DNA of 64,000 nt, taken from the NCBI GenBank assembly GCA_964358545.1, contig CAYHQN010000007.1, positions 3,148 to 67,147 of the forward strand, read 5' to 3'. The first letter of the stretch is position 1. The number at the start of each line of letters is the position of its first letter. The notes under the pieces were generated by a model that ran no database searches, was not told the DNA's origin, and was given only the letters and a program-made list of their open reading frames with translations. Positions 28,605-37,981 of the stretch are shown here, in pieces. Origin of the DNA: an uncultured Tangfeifania sp. GTDB taxonomy: Bacteria > Bacteroidota > Bacteroidia > Bacteroidales > Prolixibacteraceae. The translations under genes and the position numbers were made by a program.

Positions 28605-29888
28605 ATGATATTTTTTTCTGAAGGAGCAGCACATTTGACGATTGATAGAGATCGTATATCAGAGCTGATAGATACAATGCTGGAGAAGCTTGGAAATTTA
28701 GGCAGGGTATTGATCCTCCCCCCTGATTTCACCCGTTACCATTCGTATGCAGGCGAAATAACAGGCATGTTATATGATAAATTAAAGAACAGCTCCTATA
28801 TCGAGATTATGCCAACTCTTGGTACTCATCTTCCACTTTCAGATTATGAATTAGACACGATGTATCTGGGAATACCACATGAAATTTTCAAAAGACATGA
28901 TTGGAAGAATGACATCGTCAGAATTGGAACAATTCCCTCTGGGATTATTAAAGAAATTACAGAAGGACTAGTCGATTTTCCTGTTCATTGCGAGGTTAAT
29001 AAAACTTTGGTTGAAGGCAGGTGGGATCAGATTATATCTGTTGGTCAATTGGTTCCGCATGAGCTGGTTGGAGTTGCGAACTTTAACAAAAACATATTTA
29101 TAGGCGTTGGAGGGAAAGATATAATCGATAAAACCCACTTTATAGGGGCCCTGTATGGCCTGGAAAAATTGATGGGACATATTAGCTCGCCTGTGAGAAA
29201 AGTTTTGAATTATATGGGGGATAATTTTACAAATCAATTACCAATCTCATATATATTGACTGTTAGAGGTGTTGATGAGAATGAACAAATAGTTACTAGG
29301 GGAATATTTGCCGGAAATGATGAAGAATGCTATCTCCGGGGGGCTGCTTTATGTCAGGAAGTTAACATAAAATTACAAAAAAAAGAGTATAAAAAAGTAA
29401 TAGCATACCTTGATCCGGACGAATTTAAGTCAACATGGGTTGGGAACAAAGCCATATTCAGAACCAGAATGGTTGTTGCCGATGGAGGTGAATTAATTAT
29501 TCTTTGTCCCGGCATCAATACTTTTGGAGAAGATCCTGTAAATGATCAGATTATTCGAAAATATGGATATCAAACCACTGAAAAGTTGCTTAAATCAATA
29601 GGTGAAAATATTGATCTGGCCAATAATCTGACACCTGTTTCACATCTTATTATCAGCTCACCTGAAAAAAGATTTAAAGTAATCTACGGAGTGAAAAAAA
29701 TATCACAAAAAGACATTGAATCAGTTAACTGCAATTTTGCCGATTATGATGAAATGGCAAAAAAATATAATCCATCTACCTTAAAAGAAGGAGAAAATAT
29801 TTTGCCGGACGGAGAAGAAATTTTTTATGTATCAAACCCGGCTCAAGGTTTATGGGCTGAAATAAATAGATTTAAACAAAATGATTAA
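28605..29888 (+). CDS. LarA-superfamily (DUF2088, lactate-racemase-like) protein
   Basis: 427 aa, which is LarA-sized. 'VLILPPDFTRYHS' aligns by eye to the LarA 'SSDHTRP' block. 'GQLVPHELVGVANFNKNIF' aligns to 'SHFFAGFSGGRKS', keeping the His and the Lys. 'VVADGGELIILCPG' aligns to 'EGGTIIMVAG'. Aligned from memory, not computed. Confidence 0.45.
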   Translation: MIFFSEGAAHLTIDRDRISELIDTMLEKLGNLGRVLILPPDFTRYHSYAGEITGMLYDKLKNSSYIEIMPTLGTHLPLSDYELDTMYLGIPHEIFKRHDWKNDIVRIGTIPSGIIKEITEGLVDFPVHCEVNKTLVEGRWDQIISVGQLVPHELVGVANFNKNIFIGVGGKDIIDKTHFIGALYGLEKLMGHISSPVRKVLNYMGDNFTNQLPISYILTVRGVDENEQIVTRGIFAGNDEECYLRGAALCQEVNIKLQKKEYKKVIAYLDPDEFKSTWVGNKAIFRTRMVVADGGELIILCPGINTFGEDPVNDQIIRKYGYQTTEKLLKSIGENIDLANNLTPVSHLIISSPEKRFKVIYGVKKISQKDIESVNCNFADYDEMAKKYNPSTLKEGENILPDGEEIFYVSNPAQGLWAEINRFKQND

Positions 29889-30309
29889 TGGCCTTGAACA
29901 TGTAGGATTAAGTGTTTCAAATCTGGATAGATCGATTGATTTTTATTGTAAAAATATACAATGTGAAGTAATTCGGATTATTGAAGCAAATACTAATCCT
30001 CTTTTGGGAAAAGTGGTTGGCATGCCTGGCTGTGTTGCCCGAATAGCGCATTTGAAGTCAGGGTCGAATATGCTTGAACTGTTTGAATACACTTCACCGA
30101 ATGGGGAAAAAATACCGGAGGATTTTAAACAAGCTGATAATGGGTTTGTTCATGCCGGTTTTAGTTCTTCAGATGTTAGAAATGATTATTTGAAGTTAAA
30201 ACAAGATGGTGTTGTTTTTATTAGCGAACCTGTAGAATTCAGAAAAGATGTCTGGATTTGTTATTTCTATGGACCGGATCGGGAAGTTTGCGAGTTGAGA
30301 GAGAGTTAA
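29881..30309 (+). CDS. VOC-family (glyoxalase/bleomycin-resistance/dioxygenase fold) protein
   Basis: 142 aa. 'LEHVGLSVSNLDRSIDFY' and 'HAGF..SD' are typical VOC module openings. Its start overlaps the stop of the LarA-like gene. Confidence 0.65.
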   Translation: MINGLEHVGLSVSNLDRSIDFYCKNIQCEVIRIIEANTNPLLGKVVGMPGCVARIAHLKSGSNMLELFEYTSPNGEKIPEDFKQADNGFVHAGFSSSDVRNDYLKLKQDGVVFISEPVEFRKDVWICYFYGPDREVCELRES

Positions 30310-30332
30310 ATTTGATAAATAAGAGAGGATTT

Positions 30333-32507
30333 ATGAAAAAATTCGAAATGAATTATGATTTTAAAGGATACAAATGGGAAAGTGAAAATATAGATCTGAA
30401 ATCGATAGACAAGATAAAATTTGCGCGTATTCTTTTTGATGTATTCGTGATCAATGAATTTGAAACAGAGTTACTAAAATTAAAAAATGATGATTGCATT
30501 TGGGGACCAGTTCATACCAGTATTGGACAAGAGGCAATAGCAGCTGCAAGTGTCGCAGCATTAAAAACTTCGGATAAATTTTTTGGTACACATCGTTCCC
30601 ACCATCAGTTTTTATCAAAAGTACTACAATATTATGTACCTGAAACCTGGAATCCAGTCTTGGAAAAATTACCGAATGAAGCGGAAACAGTTGTTAGAAA
30701 AACTCTTGCAGAGATCATGGGGCTTGCCGATGGCTACTGCGGTGGGAGAGGGGGTTCCATGCACTTACGGGATAAAGAAGCAGGATTTTTGGGTTCAAAT
30801 GCTATTGTTGCAGGAGGAATACCACTTGCAACAGGGGCTGCATTCATGGAAAAATATAGTAATTCAGGTAATGTAGTGGTCTGTTTTTTTGGGGATGGAG
30901 CCATCAATCAGGGGGCATTTCATGAAGCTTGTAATCTCGCCGGACTTTGGAAATTGCCGATCATTTTTTTCCTTGAAAACAATGAATATGCAGTTGCTAC
31001 AAAAGTCGATAATTCGTGTGCTGTATCAGAATTATCCGTTCGTGCATCTTCCTATGGCATGGATGCGCACATTGTGGATGGTAATGACGCACTTGCAATA
31101 TACCAGCTAATGAACTCTGTTAGCAATGATATCAGGAAAAACAGCCGACCTTGTTTTGTTGAAGCCAAATGCTATAGGCGCTTTCATCATGCAGGAGATC
31201 TGCCAGGCAGCGCTTTCAAATATAGGTCGAAAGAAGAAGAAGACAACTGGATGAAAAAGGAGGTTGTACTGAATTTACCTGCTAATCTGATAAAAAATGG
31301 TGTTTTTTCGAGGGCGGAAACTGAGCATGTAAAAGACATTGCATTCCAGGCAGTTAAGAATGCTGTCGATTATTATACTGAAGGTAGTGAAAAGAAAATA
31401 GTCAAAGCCGGAATGTTCCCACTCCCTGAATCTGCTTCGATTGGAGTTAAAAGCGATGGCAGTGAGTTCAAACACATAAAATTCAGTGAAAGAGAAAATT
31501 ATGTTACTCTAAAAGAGCAAAAATATTCTGATGCTATCTCTTCTGCAACCGGCAGATGGCTTGAAAAAGATGAAGGGACAATTGTTTTGGGAGAAGAAGT
31601 TGCAAATTTTGGGGGAGGCGCTTACGGTGCAACCAAAGGATTACCGGATAAATATCCATCCAGGGTACTGAATACACCTATTTCTGAAGCTGGTTTCACA
31701 GGATTGGGCCTGGGAGCTGCAATGTCAGGTATGCGGCCGGTGATAGAAATAATGTTCCCTGATTTCTCATTGGTTGCAGCTGATCAAATTTTTAATCAGA
31801 TAGGAAAGGCCCGTCATATGTATGGTAATACAACTGACATCCCTTTGGTATTAAGAATTCGCATAGCTGTCGGCTGCGGTTATGGTGGGCAGCATTCAAT
31901 GGATCCTGTGGGATTATATGCGCTGTTTAGCGGTTGGCGCATTGTTGCTCCATCCAATGCGTTTGACTATATCGGCTTATTTAATACAGCTATGCAATCG
32001 AACGATCCTGTCGTTATTATTGAGCACCATCAGTTATATCCACTAAAATTTCCTGTTCCGGAAAATGAGCTTGATTATTTTATACCTTTTGGCAAAGCGA
32101 GGATAGTTTCAACAGGCAAAGATGCAACGCTGATAACATACGGAGTAATGGCCTATCGGTGTGAACAATTAATTTCGAATTTTATAGAAAAAGGAATTTC
32201 AGTCGAAATTATTGATTTACGTACCATTGATTTGCCCGGGCTGGATTTTGAGACTGTCGGCGAATCCCTGAAAAAAACCGGTGTGGCAATAGTAGTTGAA
32301 GAAGCTCCTGCAAACCATTCTATTGGATCAAAAATAGCTGCAGAACTCACAGAAAGGTACTTTGATTATCTGGATAGTCCTGTAATGCGTTTAACTTCTT
32401 TGGATGTTCCCAATTCAGTTTCCAAAGTGTTGGAAAAAGCAGCTATGATTGATGATGAAACCATTATTAGAAATACTGTCTTAGCTGCCAAACGACAATG
32501 GAAATAG
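30333..32507 (+). CDS. Fused E1 alpha-beta ThDP-dependent dehydrogenase component
   Basis: The N-terminal half has 'SIGQEAIA', 'HRSHHQF', 'GGRGGSMH' and 'GDGAINQGAFHEACNLAGLWKLPIIFFLENN'. The C-terminal half has 'FGGGAYGATKGL..LNTPISEAG' plus a C-terminal domain. I prefer the ATG at 30333 (preceded by AAGAGAGGA) over the track start at 30258, which overlaps the VOC gene. Confidence 0.8.
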   Translation: MKKFEMNYDFKGYKWESENIDLKSIDKIKFARILFDVFVINEFETELLKLKNDDCIWGPVHTSIGQEAIAAASVAALKTSDKFFGTHRSHHQFLSKVLQYYVPETWNPVLEKLPNEAETVVRKTLAEIMGLADGYCGGRGGSMHLRDKEAGFLGSNAIVAGGIPLATGAAFMEKYSNSGNVVVCFFGDGAINQGAFHEACNLAGLWKLPIIFFLENNEYAVATKVDNSCAVSELSVRASSYGMDAHIVDGNDALAIYQLMNSVSNDIRKNSRPCFVEAKCYRRFHHAGDLPGSAFKYRSKEEEDNWMKKEVVLNLPANLIKNGVFSRAETEHVKDIAFQAVKNAVDYYTEGSEKKIVKAGMFPLPESASIGVKSDGSEFKHIKFSERENYVTLKEQKYSDAISSATGRWLEKDEGTIVLGEEVANFGGGAYGATKGLPDKYPSRVLNTPISEAGFTGLGLGAAMSGMRPVIEIMFPDFSLVAADQIFNQIGKARHMYGNTTDIPLVLRIRIAVGCGYGGQHSMDPVGLYALFSGWRIVAPSNAFDYIGLFNTAMQSNDPVVIIEHHQLYPLKFPVPENELDYFIPFGKARIVSTGKDATLITYGVMAYRCEQLISNFIEKGISVEIIDLRTIDLPGLDFETVGESLKKTGVAIVVEEAPANHSIGSKIAAELTERYFDYLDSPVMRLTSLDVPNSVSKVLEKAAMIDDETIIRNTVLAAKRQWK

Positions 32508-32566
32508 AATTTTCAATTCAAAAAAAATATCAGCCAAAGACTTTTTTGGTACAATAAACAAAAAAT

Positions 32567-34027
32567 ATGAACGAATTAAAGACTTTCAAAAATTACATCA
32601 ATGGACAATGGCTTGATGCCAGTACACTTGCTACTTTTGAACAAAGAAATCCTTCCATGTTATATGAAGTAACTGGATTATTTCCACTTTCATCAAAAGA
32701 AGATACCATTCTTGCAATTGAAGCAGCTCAATCTGCCTTTACAGAGTGGAAGACCCTTTCACCCTTTGTCAGGGCTAAATATCTCAAAAAAGTTCTTGCC
32801 TTGATGATCGAAAGAAGAGAAGATATCGCCGGAATCATTACCCTGGAAAACGGGAAAATAGTATCTGATTCGTTGGGTGAGATTGATTCAGCTATTGCTG
32901 AAATGGAATTTCAAATAAATGAAGGATTACGCTTGTTTGGAGAGACTGTTCCAGTTAGTATTGACGGTGTATTCGCATACACGGTCAAAGAACCGTTGGG
33001 GGTAGTAAGTGTCATTAGTCCCTGGAATTTTCCTTTTAACGTTCCGGTTCGAAAGATTATCCCGGCTTTAATGGCCGGTAATACCTGTGTTTTTAAACCT
33101 GCCAGTTTAACGCCTCAAACCGGTTATATGTTTACTAAATTATTTGATGATGGAGGTGCCCCTGCCGGTGTATTAAATATGATTACTGGCTCGGGTAGTG
33201 TCGTAGGCAATATCCTGGTTACAGACCCCAGAATAAAAGCAATTTCATTTACCGGATCGACAGAAGTGGGAATGGGCATCCATCAAAAGGCCGCTGTTAA
33301 TGCCACTCGCACGCAACTTGAACTGGGAGGGAAAAATGCCACGGTTATTCTAGAAGATGCAGATATCGACTTGGCAGTAAAAGCTGTTACAAGGGCAGCA
33401 TTTGCCTGTTCCGGACAATGGTGTACCTCAACAAGCCGGGCTATTGTAGTTAAAAAAGTAGCACAAGAGTTTACCGAGAAACTTGTTAAAGCGACAAACG
33501 CGATAATTGTTGGAGATGGTTTCGATCAGAAAGCAGGGATGGGCCCTGTTTGCGGTACCGACCAGTTTGAAAACATTAAGAAGTATATTGAAATTGGCAA
33601 AAAGGAGGGGGCAATCCTTTTAACAGGAGGGAATGTGGTTAAAAATAGTCATTTTAAGGAGGGTTGTTTTATTGAACCTACCATATTTGGCGGTGTGAAA
33701 CCTGACATGAAAATAGCGCAGGAAGAAATTTTCGGACCCGTACTGTCAGTCATTACCGTTGAAAATCTTGAAGAAGCAATAAAAGTTTCCAACGACATAA
33801 TATTTGGATTAAGCTCATCCATATTCACCAATAATCTTGAACATGCCATGACTTTTGTTAAACAAACAGAAGTGGGATTTACCCATGTGAATTTGATGAC
33901 TTCGTTAAAAGAACCTCAACTTCCATTTGGTGGAATTAAAGAATCGGGTGTAGGTACGCCTGAAGCAGGAAAAACCGGTATTGAATTCTTTATAAAATAC
34001 AAAACAGTTTACATGAAATATTCATAA
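32567..34027 (+). CDS. NAD(P)+-dependent aldehyde dehydrogenase
   Basis: It has 'SPWNFP', the 'ELGGKN' glutamate motif, the catalytic Cys region 'FACSGQWCTS' and 'EEIFGPV'. Confidence 0.9.
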   Translation: MNELKTFKNYINGQWLDASTLATFEQRNPSMLYEVTGLFPLSSKEDTILAIEAAQSAFTEWKTLSPFVRAKYLKKVLALMIERREDIAGIITLENGKIVSDSLGEIDSAIAEMEFQINEGLRLFGETVPVSIDGVFAYTVKEPLGVVSVISPWNFPFNVPVRKIIPALMAGNTCVFKPASLTPQTGYMFTKLFDDGGAPAGVLNMITGSGSVVGNILVTDPRIKAISFTGSTEVGMGIHQKAAVNATRTQLELGGKNATVILEDADIDLAVKAVTRAAFACSGQWCTSTSRAIVVKKVAQEFTEKLVKATNAIIVGDGFDQKAGMGPVCGTDQFENIKKYIEIGKKEGAILLTGGNVVKNSHFKEGCFIEPTIFGGVKPDMKIAQEEIFGPVLSVITVENLEEAIKVSNDIIFGLSSSIFTNNLEHAMTFVKQTEVGFTHVNLMTSLKEPQLPFGGIKESGVGTPEAGKTGIEFFIKYKTVYMKYS

Positions 34028-34135
34028 TTTTTCACTTCAGTTTAAGTCTTCATATAAATCGATAAACTAGAAACAGACCAAAACGGATGAAAATAAAGCA
34101 TGCGAGTTACCTATTAAGAAACTAATTATTACAAA

Positions 34136-34897
34136 ATGAAGCTAAAAAACAAAGTTGCAATTATTACAGGTTCAGCAAAAGGTATTGGTAAGGGATGTGC
34201 CCTCGTATTTGCTAAAGAAGGCGCAAAAGTCGTCATTGTGGATTTAGACGAGAAATCAGGTGAACAAACAGTCAAAGAGATATCAGAAAAAAATGGTACA
34301 TCAATTTTTATTAAAACTGATCTAACGAAAGTAGCTGATGTTCAATCCATGATTTCAAGTGTTATCCGTACTTATGGTCAAATCGATATTATGTTCAATA
34401 ATGCAGGATATCATATCTCAAAGAATGTCGAATTGACCTCAGAAGACGAATGGGATTTTATCATTAACACCAATTTAAAAAGTGTTTTTTTATGCTGCAA
34501 ATATTCAATTCCATACCTCAGAAAAACCAAAGGTTGTATCATAAACATGAGTTCTATGGTAGGGCTGATCGGACAATCCAATGCAGGGGCATATTCTGCT
34601 TCTAAAGGTGGAATAGTAGCCATGACAAAAGGCATGTCATTAGATTTTGCAAAGGATGGAATAAGGGTAAATTGTATATGTCCGGGGTGGGTAAATACAC
34701 CTTTGGTGGAAGATTGGTTCGGCCAGCAAAAGGATCCTCAAAAGGCAAAAGAATACATTTATAGTGTTCATCCTCTTAATCGGATTGCGTCTTCCGAAGA
34801 GATTGGGAATGCTGCTGCATTTTTAGCTTCATCCGAAGCATCATTTATTACAGGGGTTGCTTTGCCAGTTGATGGAGCGGTTAGTCTGGGTTATTAA
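34136..34897 (+). CDS. Short-chain dehydrogenase/reductase (SDR)
   Basis: It has 'AIITGSAKGIGKG', 'NNAG' and 'YSASKGG'. Confidence 0.85.
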   Translation: MKLKNKVAIITGSAKGIGKGCALVFAKEGAKVVIVDLDEKSGEQTVKEISEKNGTSIFIKTDLTKVADVQSMISSVIRTYGQIDIMFNNAGYHISKNVELTSEDEWDFIINTNLKSVFLCCKYSIPYLRKTKGCIINMSSMVGLIGQSNAGAYSASKGGIVAMTKGMSLDFAKDGIRVNCICPGWVNTPLVEDWFGQQKDPQKAKEYIYSVHPLNRIASSEEIGNAAAFLASSEASFITGVALPVDGAVSLGY

Positions 34898-34915
34898 ATT
34901 CAAACTTAAAACAAA

Positions 34916-35698
34916 ATGAGTTTATCCGAAAAAATAAAAGAGATAAAAGTCAAACAAGGCGAAATAGCTCTTTTTTATCTTGCACAAGCCGGATTCTGTA
35001 TTAAATCAGCCGGCAATAAAATAATAGTTATCGACGCATACTTGTCTGATGCGGCAGAACGATTATTCGGTTTCAAAAGAATGATCCCTTCAGTGATAAA
35101 GCCTGAAGAAATTGACGCTGATTTCTTTCTTTCAACTCATTCACATGTTGATCATCTCGATCCGGATGCAATACCTGTAATTGCAAAGAATCCCAAAACA
35201 TTCTTTGTAGGATCAATGGATTGCGAAGAATTGTATCAACAAAACAATATTTCAAAAACCAGCTATTGTGTTTTAAAATCAGATGAAGAATGGACGGGGA
35301 ACGGAATAAAGATAAAAGCTATTTATGCTGATCATGGGGACTTGGCACCTACTGCTATAGGTATGTTGATTGATATTGAAGGAATTAAAATATATCATTC
35401 AGGGGATACATGTTTCGCACCTGATAAAATAAAAGCTTCATTAAATACAAGTGTTGATATCATGATAGCACCAATTAATGGTCAATACGGAAATCTTAAT
35501 GCGTCTGAATCGTGCAAGCTTGCAAATCTATTAGCCCCCAAAGTCACAATTGCCAGCCATTTTTGGATGTTTATTGAACATGTAGGCGAAGGAGGAGTTG
35601 GAGATCCTTCAACTTTTTTAAAAGAATCGGAGCATCTCTCTCAAAATATTAGGGCGATGGTCATGGCCCCGGGAGAACTTTTTATCTATTCAAAATAA
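34916..35698 (+). CDS. Metallo-beta-lactamase-fold hydrolase (UlaG-like, possible lactonase)
   Basis: It has the 'LSTHSHVDHLD' HxHxDH motif and later 'HSGDT' and 'ASH'. At 260 aa the size fits the UlaG-like subgroup. Confidence 0.6.
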   Translation: MSLSEKIKEIKVKQGEIALFYLAQAGFCIKSAGNKIIVIDAYLSDAAERLFGFKRMIPSVIKPEEIDADFFLSTHSHVDHLDPDAIPVIAKNPKTFFVGSMDCEELYQQNNISKTSYCVLKSDEEWTGNGIKIKAIYADHGDLAPTAIGMLIDIEGIKIYHSGDTCFAPDKIKASLNTSVDIMIAPINGQYGNLNASESCKLANLLAPKVTIASHFWMFIEHVGEGGVGDPSTFLKESEHLSQNIRAMVMAPGELFIYSK

Positions 35699-35704
35699 AT
35701 CATA

Positions 35705-36556
35705 ATGATAGATTACTCAATCATTGATACCCATTTACATCTTTGGGACACCAAAAAGTTCCGCTATCCATGGTTGGATGAAATTCCGGCCTTAAACAGA
35801 ACATTTTCTTTGGACGACTACAACCGGGCCTGTGGGGATGTCAAAGTAGGGAAAATGGTTTTCATGCAATGTGAATGCCTTCCTTCACATTATATGCAAG
35901 AGGTCGGGTGGATAACAGAACTGTCCAAAACGGACGCCAGAATAAGTGGGATTGTATCTTGGGCGCCTTTGGAAAAAGGAGAAAGAGTCAGGCCGGAAAT
36001 AGAATTGTTAAAAAAGAATAGTCTGGTTAAAGGTCTGCGCAGAATCATTCAGGGTGAACCGGATTTGGAATTTTGTCTTGGTTCTGACTTTGTTCAGGGT
36101 GTTAACTTGCTGTCCGAATATGATTTGACATTTGATATTTGTATATCCTATCTGCACAACAAAAATATTATAAAATTCATTGATCAATGTCCGGATGTTC
36201 GTATGATCCTGGATCACATCGGTAAACCAAATATTAAGGACAGGGTCATACATCCTTGGTTTGATGAAATAACTGAAATATCAAAATACCCTAATATTTA
36301 TTGTAAATTATCAAGTCTGGCCACAGAAGCTGATCATTTGAACTGGACCATTGATGATATTCGTCCTTATGTTGATCATTTAGTTGAATGCTTTGGTTTT
36401 GAGCGTCTTGTATTTGCAACCGACTGGCCGGTTTCATCGCTGGCAGCTAGTATTCCAATGTGTGTAAATACATTGGTTACAATTCTTAAGGGATGTTCAC
36501 AAGCAGAATTGGACAGGGTTTTTACCAGTAATGCTTTGGATTTTTATCATATCTGA
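35705..36556 (+). CDS. Amidohydrolase_2-family hydrolase (sugar-lactonase type, e.g. L-fucono/L-rhamnono-lactonase-like)
   Basis: The N-terminal 'IIDTHLHLWD..YPWL' and the later 'LDHIGKP' and 'FATDWP' fit the metal-dependent TIM-barrel Amidohydro_2 family, which contains characterised aldonolactonases. Confidence 0.65.
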   Translation: MIDYSIIDTHLHLWDTKKFRYPWLDEIPALNRTFSLDDYNRACGDVKVGKMVFMQCECLPSHYMQEVGWITELSKTDARISGIVSWAPLEKGERVRPEIELLKKNSLVKGLRRIIQGEPDLEFCLGSDFVQGVNLLSEYDLTFDICISYLHNKNIIKFIDQCPDVRMILDHIGKPNIKDRVIHPWFDEITEISKYPNIYCKLSSLATEADHLNWTIDDIRPYVDHLVECFGFERLVFATDWPVSSLAASIPMCVNTLVTILKGCSQAELDRVFTSNALDFYHI

Positions 36557-36608
36557 TCATTGGTTTACAATAGAAATGTCATTATTAATCTACTAACTAT
36601 ATAAACGC

Positions 36609-37634
36609 ATGAATAACTTTATTTTGTCCATTTTCTTAATAATACTTGCAGGTTTTTTTCAGGGCACATTTGGGTTGGGTATGAAAAAGTTTACTCCTGC
36701 ATGGGAATCCTATTGGTTGATTTTCTCAATTTTCGGTTTGACTGTTATTCCGTTCATCTGGGCAAGAATTCTGGTCCCGGATGTATTTGGGGCCATCAGT
36801 GTGTTATCAACCGGAACTATTTTTTACTCATTTTTATTTGGGGCAATGTGGGGGATAAGTGCAATATTATTTGGTTTGGCCATTAATTATGTTGGGGTAT
36901 CTTTATCTTTCGGAATATGTATGAGTACAGGTGCATTAGTCGGTTCACTGTTGCCATTGTTTCAGATCGAAGATTTTAATAACAAACCATCCTTTCTGTA
37001 TATTATTTTGGGTTTATTAATTATGACAATTGGAGTGATTGTCATAACTTATGCAGGAAATTTGCGAAATAAACTGCAAACTTCAGAGGATAGTGTAAAA
37101 TCAGGTATAAAAAAGGGAATATTCTTTAAACTTGGAATCCTATTTTCAATAGCTGCCGGAATAGGTGCTGCACTGCAAAATGTTAGTTATACAAGCGCCG
37201 CACCTGCCATCAATGCAGCTGTTCTACAAGGGGTAAAACCGCAAAACGCTAGTTTAGTTGCCTGGATTGTTGTACTTTTCGGGGGATTTATTCCAAATTT
37301 TACCTATTCGATATATTTACTGACAAAAAATAAATCCTGGAATGTATTAATCACAAAAAAACCGGCAAGGATATATATTCTGGGTATAATTACTGCATTT
37401 TGTTGGTTTGCTGCATTGGGCGTTTATGGCCAAAGTGCAGCAATTATGGGCGAAATGGGTCCTGTAATTTGCTGGACAATGTTTTTTGCAGTTTCTCTTA
37501 TTTTTAGCAGTTTCTGGGGCATCCGTGCAGGTGAATGGAAGGGCACAAAATTGGCTTATAAAGTGTTGATTTCCGGAAACATTATATTGATTATTTCGTG
37601 GATAATTCTTGGATATGCCAATACTTTACTGTAA
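36609..37634 (+). CDS. RhaT-family (DMT superfamily) sugar:H+ symporter, second copy
   Basis: 341 aa with about 10 TM helices and the same layout as 26764..27810 ('FQGTFGLGMKKF' compared with 'GTGAAAWPMKII'). Confidence 0.55.
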   Translation: MNNFILSIFLIILAGFFQGTFGLGMKKFTPAWESYWLIFSIFGLTVIPFIWARILVPDVFGAISVLSTGTIFYSFLFGAMWGISAILFGLAINYVGVSLSFGICMSTGALVGSLLPLFQIEDFNNKPSFLYIILGLLIMTIGVIVITYAGNLRNKLQTSEDSVKSGIKKGIFFKLGILFSIAAGIGAALQNVSYTSAAPAINAAVLQGVKPQNASLVAWIVVLFGGFIPNFTYSIYLLTKNKSWNVLITKKPARIYILGIITAFCWFAALGVYGQSAAIMGEMGPVICWTMFFAVSLIFSSFWGIRAGEWKGTKLAYKVLISGNIILIISWIILGYANTLL

Positions 37635-37820
37635 AAGGTATTTACAGTAAAAAATGATCTGTTACGTATCTCGGGGGAGAATTTTGGTTATATTACGACC
37701 AACGATGAGTATGAAAACTACAAATAGCTGGTTGAGTTTAAATGGGGAGATCAAACATTTGCTCCAAGAGTGGGAAAAGCAAGGGACAGCGGTATCCTTT
37801 TACATTCTACTGGTGAATCA
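37635..37820 (+). pseudogene. Internal fragment of a DUF1080-like (3-keto-disaccharide-hydrolase-fold) gene with an in-frame TAG
   Basis: Frame 3 reads 'FTVKNDLLRISGENFGYITTNDEYENYK*LVEFKWGDQTFAPRVGKARDSGILLHSTGE', with TAG at 37725..37727. The pattern resembles the DUF1080 core. There is no start codon or N-terminus, and it begins directly after the permease stop. Confidence 0.35.
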
Positions 37821-37981
37821 TGCCATCGATATTCAACCTCAAAATTAATTCAAACAAAGATTTTTTTTCCACAGCATTTATTATACGCTTAGAGCCAAAG
37901 AGGAACATCGTCAATAGAAAAATAAATCAACTTAATCAACTCATTATCCAGTGCCTTCAGACAAATTTATTTTGCTTCCAA

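Noticed and set aside
30258-30332. Track start at 30258 for the fused E1 gene
   Set aside because: It would overlap the VOC gene by 52 nt and add a non-conserved 'MLFLWTGSGSLRVERE' extension. The ATG at 30333 has a purine-rich RBS-like sequence and begins just after the VOC stop.
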